Source: Felis catus (Eukaryota). From it: 64,000 nt of DNA. Shown in pieces: positions 1 through 10,155 of the stretch. Location of the stretch: NCBI RefSeq assembly GCF_018350175.1, contig NC_058368.1:39434001-39498000 (forward strand), read 5' to 3'. Position numbers and translations under genes: made by a program. Every line of letters begins with the position of its first letter. Position 1 is the first letter of the stretch. The notes beneath the pieces are model-generated. The model searched no databases. It had not been told where the DNA came from and saw only the letters and a program-made list of their open reading frames with translations.

Positions 1-667
1 CTTGTTTTATGGATCTGCTGGGGCTTGGTGATGTGCTTTGCTCTTTGTAAAGATTCTGGCTTATTAGAAGTGTAAACACCAGAGTTCTATGTTTCTGCCA
101 AAAATCATGGCTTAGCATCTGCCACAATAATTTACGATGTTGGAACAGGTAGTCTTTATCTTGAAATTTTTGGAGCCACTTTACTTTTAGGTATTTTGGG
201 AACTCTGAGTTTCAAAAGAAATATATTTCCTTCAGCATCATTTAGTTTATCATTGCATATTGTGGAAAACTACACTGTTCATTGATATAAACTGCTACCT
301 ACATCTCGTCGTGTCTACAATTTATAAAGCCTAATTCTAACTATAAACTTATATATATTTTTATTAGAAAACAACCTATGCGATATATAAACAGTCACTT
401 TAGTGTAAGATAATCAAATTATTTAGTAAAGTATAGATAAAAGCAACGTTTACATGAATGTTCCTTATAATGTTATGTTTGCATATGTAGTTATATCATT
501 TTTATATGCAAAAATTGATTGCATATTTCATTCATGGTGTACACAGAGGCATTACTTTTATTTATAAATATCAGGATTTAATTTTTTGGTTTAATACTTT
601 ATATTTCTATAAATTGGGTTTTTAGTAGTAAATTACAAGTCCATATTGTGAGCTGATGAAGGGTGGG

Positions 668-1229
668 TGTATATAATAACTACTTTTGTGTAACAAATAC
701 TGTGAAACTTAGCAACTTAAAATAACAATTTTATTTTGCTCAAGATGGTATAGGTCAGGAGTTTGGAAAGAGCTTAGATGTTAGATTTTTCTTGGGATCT
801 TCCATGAAATTATAACCAGATCTTAGTGGAAGCTGGTTCATCTGTAGGCTCAGCTAAGGAAATCATTTACATGGCCAGCAGTTGATGCTGGCTGTCAGCC
901 TTCAGCTCATCTGGGGCCCTTCATGAGTGCCTACACAAGGTACCACCATAAGTCTTGGGCCTCCTTATATCATGGTGGCTTTTTGATAATGAAGCTTCCT
1001 GGAGGGAAGCTTAGGGCTCTAGCAAATTTTCCAGTGAACAAAGTGAAAGCCCCATTACCTTTTTTTTTTTTTTTTTACTCAGCCTCTGAAGTTACGTAGC
1101 CCAATTTCCACAGGACTCTAATGATTTAAGAAGTCACAAGTTCACTCAGTCAAGAAGAGGATGTACAGACTTCACCTCTCAATGAGAAAACTCAAAGGCT
1201 TTGTGCCTATTATATTTTTAACCATTTCA
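668..1229 (-). mobile_element. MaLR LTR (MLT1-like), solo, degenerate
   Basis: TGT...CA termini; motifs tgtgtaacaaat...aaacttagcaacttaaaataacaa, gtcaggagtttggaa and gacttcacctctcaatgag resemble antisense MLT1. Confidence 0.7.
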
Positions 1230-2869
1230 TGGAGAAATGAAAAATGTTACATCAGGAATATCTAAAAACACAGTAGTTTGCAGAATTTACGGTTGGAGTG
1301 AAGCAACTAGGATTTGAGTTTATGTACTCACATTTAAATATAGAGTTAAATCTACAAATCATTCTCTAGAAAGGAATGCCATTTAGCAGTGGCAGTGAGC
1401 TCACTATGGCTTTCACCCTAAAAATAGATGAAAATGTCAAAAAAAAACCCTGAGCCCATTTAAATTGGAATTTATATGATATTTGGAAAGATCAACATAT
1501 TTAAACATGAAATGATCCAGATTATCATTGTTATAATAAAAGGCCAAAAGTAGTGTGGTGATTGAGCAAATTTACTAAAATCAAAGATCATTTTTTTTTT
1601 CTTGAAACTCCAGCCATCAAAGAAAAATGTGGAAGATAGTCCCAAGATAAAAAAAGGTAGATTGGTATAGGATAAAACAGCCAGGCAGAAAGAAGAAAGA
1701 AGAAAACAGAGCCCATTCCTTTGGGAAAAGAAGATAAGAGAAATAATCAGTTACTTTTGATATACAGTACTTCTCAAGAACTGTATATAAAGGTATAAAT
1801 AATTCTTCATTTGTTGCTTCATTCTCAGGAAACATTGTAAAATCTAAATATCTGTTTAATACTTTTACTGATTTCCATCCAACTTCAAATCCTTATTTTG
1901 GGCACATAGTGAACTACAAGATTTATAGAAATATGGAAAAGCTCTTCTATATAAAACTGATATGTTTCCTACTGGTATATGATTACAACTAAATGCTATT
2001 AATCTGAGTGCTTTAGAACTATACCTATTACAGTCAATATTTGAAACTCACTATCAATAAATTTGGAAAATATTTTATTCACAGTATTGCTAAATCTGTC
2101 TGTGCATAATGATATTCCTTGAACTATATTACAGTATTTGGCAAATGCATATGTTCCTTCCTGAAGAAAAGCCTCATCATTTATTTCCTTCCACTTAAAA
2201 TCCTCCCTCTTGAGAAAATGTTCATATTTCTTAAAAACCTTTATAAAACCTTTATGCTTTCACCCCATCCAGCATTACATTGTAGTTTGCAGAAAATTTT
2301 ATGATTTTGCTTTTTCCTGGTTTTTGAACAAGTTCCATCTGGTCCTTTCCCTTGTGTTCTTTTTCTGAATAACTCTTATTTGTTGCTGAGGTCATAAAAA
2401 ACCCTCTACACAATTCTTAAACTTTCCTTTATCCTTTAAAGTAGAGGGAAGTGCCACTTTAAATTGTTCCCATGACAACTTCTACAAGTGCCATGGTAAC
2501 ACTGTGATTTCCTAAACCATACTAGCTATGTTAAAATGAAAAGTTCAAATTAATATCAGAGCTCTGACGCAATACCATGAGTACAATACAACTAGTCATT
2601 TACAATTTTTTTTATTTGTTTACTTTTTATTACCTTTATAAGGTAAGGTGATAAGTTAGAAAAGCTCTTCAGATGATGTCATAGTCAGTATTCTAATTCC
2701 TTGATTGTGCTCATCCAGGTAGATGATATACCTATGAAGCCTTTCCTTTTATGTTGATGTACACCTTACTTACATAATTCCATATTCTCCAAACCTTTGT
2801 TTTTTTACAACACCTATTACATTTCATATTGCCGTATACATAAATATATTTCATCTCCTTTGGTGGAGG

Positions 2870-3110
2870 AAATTGTATCTCATTATTTATCATTGTACAT
2901 TTTACTCACCAACATACTTCCCAAAAGGACTTGTCTAATGCCTTGTACTTGGCATGCAATGAATATTTGTTGAACTGATTCAAATTGAATTAAATATGAG
3001 TCAGTCATCAGGATTCATGGCATCACTTTCATCCAGGGCAAGTTAAGTTATTGAGTCACAGATTCATTCATCTCATTCTCAAAATGGAATGAAGATAAGA
3101 AGGTGATGTA
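2870..3110 (+). mobile_element. L2 3' tail followed by MIR core fragment
   Basis: gcaatgaatatttgttgaactgatt (L2-tail-like); gggcaagttaagttatt...ctcattctcaaaatggaatgaagataa (MIR-core-like). Confidence 0.45.
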
Positions 3111-4010
3111 TTTTTTTCTAGATAATGAATTTTTTATAGAAATGCAGGGGTTTTTGTTTTGTTTGTTTTGTTTTGTCTTGGTCTACTTGTTTTATAGTCA
3201 GATAGACTTATATGCAGGAGAATGTGTAGAGTTTTTAATCTCAGTCTATTTTTTATTGCCTCCATCATCTGCTGGACAACTTGCACATGATATAGTATTT
3301 TATCATGTGATAAAATCCCCAGTTGCCATTACTCGTGATCATGCAGCTCAGAGCAGCAGAATGAGAGACCTACAGAAGGGTCAACCACATTGCAAGGCTT
3401 TCAGCAGGAAGCTCTGAAACAAAATACTCTGGAAGAATGAACTTCCAAGAAAGGAAATGGTCTAGAACAGCTTGTAAACATTATTCTTCATGTTTAGACT
3501 TTATTCTTCAGAGTATAAATGCTACTCACTAGTGGAAATATTCACTTTCTGTGACTGTATTTCTATCTGTAAAGATACCATACTGTCACAAATTAATATT
3601 CCATAATAACTAGCTACATTTTCAATTTTAGTAAATTTTTAAGCCATTATAGGAAAAGAACTTTATTTCATTCACATAACTTCTGATGGCCCGTCCACTG
3701 GTTACTGTGATATTGTCAGGAGTTTTCTTCAATATTTTTTGGTAAATGAATTGTATTATCTATTTTTTTATCTTATATTTGTAGACTAAGACAGAAAAAT
3801 AATAGCTTGAATTGGATGTATCTCCTCTTTTGCAAATAAGTGTTTCCATTTGAAGTCGAGTTTGGTAGTTTAAGCAATTATATTATTTACTTATGATTTG
3901 TATTAATATTCTTTATATATTATGCGATTCAATAGCACATACTTAAGTTGTTATGTGGTATGCATATAACTCAGTATAAGAAGGATATTAATTTTTAAAA
4001 ACTAACTTAA

Positions 4011-4214
4011 TTTTTTTTAATGTTTTTTATTTTATTTTTGAGACAGAGCATGAACGGGGGAGGGGCAGAGAGAGAGGGAGACACAGAATCGGAAGCAGGC
4101 TCCAGGCTCTGAGCCATCAGCCCAGAGCCCGGCGCGGGGCTCGAACCCACAGACCGTGAGATCGTGACCTGGCTGAAGTCGGACGCTTAACCGACTGCGC
4201 CACCCAGGCGCCCC
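4011..4214 (-). mobile_element. Can-SINE, young felid-type body
   Basis: Reverse complement of GGGGCGCCTGGGTGGCGCAGTCGGTTAAGCGTCCGACTTCAGCCAGG head, (CT)n stretch, A-tail; imperfect TSD aaaaactaacttaattt / aaaaacgaacttgattt. Confidence 0.95.
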
Positions 4215-4411
4215 AAAAACGAACTTGATTTTGATATGAATTTGATAAAGCTTTTTAAACTGCTAAGCAAAGGTTCCTCTGAGTGGAGAAGATCTGTGAT
4301 TACATCCACAGTTGTGTTTATTAAGAGCCATATATCAAATAAGTAGTCCCTTGTCTTCTCCTGATTTGTCTTCTGTCCTTGTGCAATGTGAGCTTTTAAG
4401 GTCGAAAAGGA

Positions 4412-4629
4412 GGGGCGCCTGGGTGGCGCAGTCGGTTAAGCGTCCGACTTCAGCCAGGTCACGATCTCATGGTCCGTGAGTTCGAGCCCCGCGCCGGGCT
4501 CTGGGCTGATGGCTCAGAGCCTGGAGCCTGTTTCCGGTTCTGTGTCTCCCTCTCTCTCTGCCCCTCCCCGTTCATGCTCTGTCTCTCTCTGTCCCCAAAA
4601 TAAATAAATGTTGAAAAAAAAATTAAAAA
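4412..4629 (+). mobile_element. Can-SINE, young felid-type, full length
   Basis: Intact CpG-rich head, A-tail, perfect 14-bp TSD aaggtcgaaaagga (4398-4411 and 4630-4643). Confidence 0.97.
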
Positions 4630-5288
4630 AAGGTCGAAAAGGAATCTAACTTCTAATTAATGATGACAATTTGACATATATATTATTTTCCCTCTTTAAA
4701 TTCCACTAAATTTAAAATAAAGTTGAAGACATTATTAGTACACAAGGAACAATAGGATTATGAAACAGAGTAAACAAATAATTACAAAAAATGTTGGATG
4801 ATAGAAGACAGATGCAATAATATAAATGACTTATAGGCAGCCATCCAAGTGACTGAAGTGAACCAATTAACTTCTGGCTTCCTACAGTCACAAAACAGGC
4901 TTAAAGCTTGCAGCGAACAGTCCTGCTGTAGATTCTGATGATATGTAAAGTTCTATATGATGAACAGGAGAAAAAAATCAGTCACTTATACTGAATAACA
5001 GCACCTGAGAGATTGGCCTGCAGACATAAGACAGCTGGAATCACAAAGGAAAGCACTCAAAGATGCAGTAGTATTTGGTGGTCTCTTGACAAAAGAACTT
5101 CCCTCACTCTATCACTGTACTCTGAAAGTACTTGTGTTTTTCCTCTGAAAGCAGACTTTCAATCAGACATTGAGTTCTGGCTTTTAAATATGAAGTCAGT
5201 TAAATGACAACAAGTATCACTAGCATTTCAAAAAATTCTCCAATGAGAAAGGAACAAGAAAACTACTACCATGATAAAAGAAATGTTA

Positions 5289-5466
5289 GGGGCATTCAGG
5301 TGGCTCAGTTGGTTAAGCGTCGGACTTCAGCTCAGGTCATGATCATTCAAGCCCCACAACTGGCTTGCTGCTATCAGCACAGAGCCTACTTCAAATCCTC
5401 TGTCCTCCCTCTCTCTGTGCCCCTCCCCACTTGTGCTGTCTCAATAATAAACATTAAAAACAAAAA
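5289..5466 (+). mobile_element. Can-SINE, older
   Basis: ggggcattcaggtggctcagttggttaagcgtcggacttcagctcagg head; aataaacattaaaaa tail; aaatgtta on both flanks. Confidence 0.9.
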
Positions 5467-6860
5467 AATGTTAAGGGAGCAGAGACACCATTGAGAGTAA
5501 GAAATGTAGCTTCTCAATATTGTACAGTATTTATATTGTCACAATAATAGAAACATAAGCAAATGATTTAATTAATATTGGAATGTAGTCACTCAGGAAA
5601 TTCAGGGACAAGTAAATGAGAAGTTGAAAAGGATAGGGGCTGACTATTGCAAATTTTTATAAGCAGTGGAGTTCAAAGTCTGAAGTTTTAGAAGACCCCT
5701 GCCCCAATTGCTAGGGTTGTGTCTGGTGGGTGTAGAGGGGCTCCTGTGGAGAAAGAGGGTAGAGACCCAGGAGTGGGTAGTATGGTCTGAGGATCCCCTG
5801 GGTCACACAGGGAGAAACAGTTCTCCTTATTGGTGTGCATTTGGGAGAGGTAGTACTGCCTCTCAGGGGACAAAAGAGAAGGCAGATAGCATCGAGTGGA
5901 CCCATTAATTAGCATAGCAGCAGAGGCGTCTGCTGGAGGCAGCTACCCAGCTTTTGGCTGCACCTTACCACAAACTCCTAGTACCATGCAGTTATGTGAC
6001 TATTTTCTTGGCACAAACCAGCACCAGCTACAGCGTCGTCAGACCTTCCCCTTAGAGGATCAGCATGGGTCTGTGCTGCACCTGGTCCCTAAAATTTGGA
6101 GCTTTGAAAACCAGTCATGAGCCTGAGTTAAAACACAGGAGTGTTTTGTTATGGCAGAGGGATGGCTTGGACATGGATAGGGTGAAGACAGGGTTCTGAC
6201 AAAAGCTAGGGACAAAAGAGGGGAAACTGCTTTTCTGTTAAGGTTTCCTGAACAGTGGTGGGCACGGACTCCTCACTCTGGGGACTAGAGCATGAGGCAA
6301 CTCAATTTCCCCCCTTGCCCATCAGCACTGACCAACTTCAGTGAACAACACAATGCCACCCAGAGGAGACTGGAGCCGCTTACACCAAGTCCCGCCCCAC
6401 TGCAACTGCAAGTGCATTTTTCCTAGGCAAGTCCGCCTGAGAACCTGTGCAGTAGGCCCATCCATCTCTCAGAATACAAGCACAACCCCCCTCCTGCCCT
6501 GCACACACCAAGTCTACTGATGATATAGTGCCATAAAGTTTCAGCTCTAGGGGAAATAGGATCTAGCTTTTTCTAACAAGCAGACCAAAACACACCTAAT
6601 TAAAACTCACCACACACTGGACCAAATCCAAACACTCCACACTGCAGGCAAGGAGAAACTCTGCAGAGATCTGATCTGAGGGAAAGAACAGCCAAAACAC
6701 AACAGCAGAATACACACAGCATATGCCACCCCCCAAAAAAAAACTCCTGAAGCACCAGATCCTGGACAGTATATGACCTCTTCTTAATATAGCCATTACT
6801 TTCAGGAGCAGGAAATGTAACAGGTTTTCCTAACATACAGTAGACAGAGATCTAGGCAAA

Positions 6861-7754
6861 ACGCCAAGACAGAGGAATTCATCCCAAAAGAAAGAGCTGG
6901 AAGACATCAGGGCTGAGGATCTAATCAGAACAGATATAAGTAATATGTCTGAACCAGAATTAAAAAAAAAAAAACAATCATAAGGATACTAACTAAGCTT
7001 GAGAAAAGCATGGAAGACACTAGACCTTTCTGCAGAGATAAATGAACTAAGAGCTAGTAAAGCTGAAATTAAAAAAAAAATGCTATGACCAAAAGGCAAA
7101 AATCAACTGGATGCAATGAAAACAAAGATAGACGAAGCAGAGGAAAGAATCAATGATATAGTAGATACAATTATGGAAAATAATGAAGCTGAAAAGGAGA
7201 GAGAAAGAAAAGTACTAGATCACAAATGAAGACTTAGGGGACACAACAACTCCATAAAGCATAATAACATATATATCATAGGAGTCCCAGAAGAAAAGAA
7301 GGATAAGGGGCAGAATGTTTATTTGAGCAAATTTTAGCTGGAAACTTCTCTAATCTGGGGAAGGAAACAGTCATCTCACTCCAGGTAGCACAGAGAACAC
7401 ACATCAAATTCAACAAAAGCTAGCCAAACCTGAGACATATCATAGTACAATTTGCAAAATATAGAGATAAGGAAAGAATCCTGAAAGCAGCAAGGGAAAA
7501 TAAATCCTTAACCTACAGGGAAATACAAATGAGGCTAGCAGTAGGTATTCCCACAGAAACCTGGCAGGATGTAAAGGAATGGTAGTATATATTTAACATT
7601 TTGAAGGGGGGAAAATATGCAGCCAAGAATACTTTATCCAGCAATGCTATCATTCAGGATAGAAGGAAAAATAAAGAGCTTCCCAGACAAACAAAAACTG
7701 AAGGAGTTCATGACCACTAAGCCAACCCTGCAAGAAATATTAAAAGGAACACTT
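6861..7754 (+). pseudogene. LINE-1 ORF1p remnant (start apparently ATG>ACG, frameshifts and stops)
   Basis: C-terminal peptide MQPRILYPAMLSFRIEGKIKSFPDKQKLKEFMTTKPTLQEILKGTL (track 7617..) is typical L1 ORF1p; upstream ataggagtcccagaagaa (IGVPEE) motif. Confidence 0.9.
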
Positions 7755-7972
7755 AAGATGGGAAAGACCAAAAACAACAAAGACTGGATAGGAACAGATA
7801 AAAGTCTCCAGAAACAGCAACTCCACAGGTAATATAATGGTACTAAATTCTTATCTATCAACAATTACTCTGAATGTAAATAGACTGAATGCTCAATCAA
7901 AAGATACAAGGTATCAGGATGGATTAAAAAAAAAAGACCCATCTATATGCTGCCTACAAGAGACTCATTTTA

Positions 7973-8187
7973 TTAAAATAATAATGTTTATTTATTTTGG
8001 GGATAGAGAGAGACACAGAGTGTGAGTGGGGGAGGTTCAGAGAGAGAGGGAGACACAGAATCCGAAGTAGCCTCCAGGCTCTGAGCTGTCAGCACAGAGC
8101 CCAATGCGGGGCTCAAACTCACAAACTGTGAGATCAGGACCTGAGCCAAATCAGATGCTTAATGGACTGAGCCACCCAGGTGCCCCC
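7973..8187 (-). mobile_element. Can-SINE nested in L1 ORF2
   Basis: TSD aagagactcatttta / aagagattcatttta duplicates L1 coding sequence. Confidence 0.95.
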
Positions 8188-8532
8188 AAGAGATTCATTT
8201 TATACATAAAGACAAGTGCAGGTTGAAAGTGAGGGGATGGAGCACCATCTATCATGCTAATAGATTTCAAAAAAAAAAAAAAAAAAAGAAAAAGAAAAAG
8301 AAAAGAAAAAGCCAGAGTAGCCATACTTCTATCAGACAAACTAGATTTTAAACCAAAGACTGTAACAAGAGATGAAGAAGGGCAGTATATCATAATTAAG
8401 GGGCCTACCCAACAAGAATATCTAACATTTATAAATACTTATGCCCCCAATTTGAGTTCCCGGATATATAAATCAATTAGTAACAAGCACAAAGAAACTT
8501 ATTGGTAATAATACAATAATAGAAAGGGACCT

Positions 8533-8749
8533 GTTTTTTTAGACGTTTATTTATTTTTGAAAGAAAGAGACAGAGAATGAGCAGGAGAGGAGAGAGAGAG
8601 AGAGAGAGAGGGAGACACAGAATTGAAAGCAGGCTCCAGTCTCTGAGCTGTCAGCACAGAGCCCAAAGCAGGGCTTGAACTAACGAGTGGTGAGACCATG
8701 ACCTGAGCTGAAGTGAGATGCCCAACTGACTGAGCCACCCAGGCGCCCC
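8533..8749 (-). mobile_element. Can-SINE nested in L1 ORF2
   Basis: Ends ...gagccacccaggcgcccc; interrupts the GDFNTP codons with short duplicated ggac. Confidence 0.95.
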
Positions 8750-9089
8750 AAGGACTTTAACACCCCACCTACAAGCAATGGACAGATCATCTAAGCAGTA
8801 AATCGACAAGGAAACTGGCTTTAAATGATATACTGGACCAGGGGGACTTAACAGACATATTCAGAACTTTTCATCCTAAAGTATCAGAATACACATTCTT
8901 TTAGAGTACAGATGGAACACTCACTAAAATAGATCACATACTGGGTCACAAATCAGCCCTCAACAAGGACAAAAATATTGAGATCATACCAGGTATATTT
9001 TCAGACCATTACACCATGAAACTTGAAGTCAACCACACAAAAAAATTTGGAAAGACCACAAATAAATGGAGGTTAAAGAACATCCTGCT

Positions 9090-9327
9090 TGGGCACCTGA
9101 GTGACTCAGTCAGTTAAGCATCCAACTCTTGATTTTGGCTCAGGTCATGATCTCACAGTCGTGGGATGAAGCCCCACATCAGTCTTCGCTCTGGATGCAG
9201 AGCCTGCGTGGGATTCTCTCTCTCTTTCTCTCTCTGCCCCTCCCCTGTTCTCTCTCTCTCTCTCTCAAACAAAATAATAATAATAACAATAATAATAATA
9301 ATAAATAATAATAATAATTTAAAAAAG
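9090..9327 (+). mobile_element. Can-SINE nested in L1 ORF2, (AAT)n tail
   Basis: TSD agaacatcctgct / agaacatcctact. Confidence 0.93.
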
Positions 9328-9508
9328 AGAACATCCTACTAAAGAACAAATGGATTACCAGGAAATTAAAGAAGAAATAAAAAAAAAAACGCATGGAAGC
9401 AAATGAAACTAAAAACACGACAGTCCAAAACCTCTGGGATGCAGCAAAGGGGGACATAAGAAGGAAGTATATAGCAATATAGGCCTACCTCAACGAGTAA
9501 GAAGACTC

Positions 9509-9633
9509 TCAAATCAACAATGGATATATTTATATATGATATAATAAATAATATATAATAGTATATAATGGATATATCTATATCCATTAATCCCTTGAAT
9601 GTCACACACTTACCTGATACTACTCTCTCATTT

Positions 9634-9698
<65 letters not shown>

Positions 9699-9876
9699 AT
9701 TTCAGGGTACCTGGGAGCCTCAGTTCAGGTAATGATCTTGTCGTGATATCAAATCAACAATGGATATATATATATATATATATATATGGTATAATAAATA
9801 ATATATAATAATATATAATGGATATATATATATATATCCATTAATCCCCTGAATGTCACACACTTACCTGATACTA

Positions 9877-9928
<52 letters not shown>

Positions 9929-10044
9929 AATATTACCCAGCCATCAAAAAGAATGAAATTTCCGGGCACCTGGGAACCTCACTCAGTTAAGTGTCCAACT
10001 CTTGATTTCAGCTCAGGTCATGATCTCACTGTTGTGATATCAAA
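9509..10044 (+). repeat. Imperfect local tandem duplication (9509-9748 / 9749-10039) containing (TA)n and (GA)n tracts
   Basis: Both copies start tcaaatcaacaatggatatat, share ccattaatccc(t/c)tgaatgtcacacacttacctgatactactctctc and end in a SINE head ...gtgata(tcaaa). Confidence 0.9.
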
Positions 10045-10155
10045 CCCCACACTGGGCTCCTTGCTGGGTGCGCAGTCTGCTTAAGAGTCTCTGTGTTCCT
10101 GTCCTTCTGCCCCTCCTTTGCTTGCTTCTTTCTCTCTCTCAAACAAACAAAAAAC
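9963..10155 (+). mobile_element. Can-SINE nested in L1 3' region
   Basis: gggcacctggga...cagttaagtgtccaactcttgatttcagctcagg head; TSD agaatgaaat on both sides. Confidence 0.9.

Larger units (their letters stand above)
7837..9520 (+). pseudogene. LINE-1 ORF2p N-terminal remnant (APE-like endonuclease), split by three SINEs and ended by a deletion
   Basis: Peptides MVLNSYLSTITLNVNRLN, DPSICCLQETHF, VAILLSDKLDFKPKTVTRDEEGQYIIIKG...INTYAPN; gactttaacacccca (DFNTP), atagatcacatactggg (IDHILG), tcagaccat (SDH). Confidence 0.92.

Noticed and set aside
4750..5640. Possible very old L1M/HAL1-like fragments flanking the SINE (also 22480-24350)
   Set aside because: Resemblance too weak to call by eye; needs Dfam.
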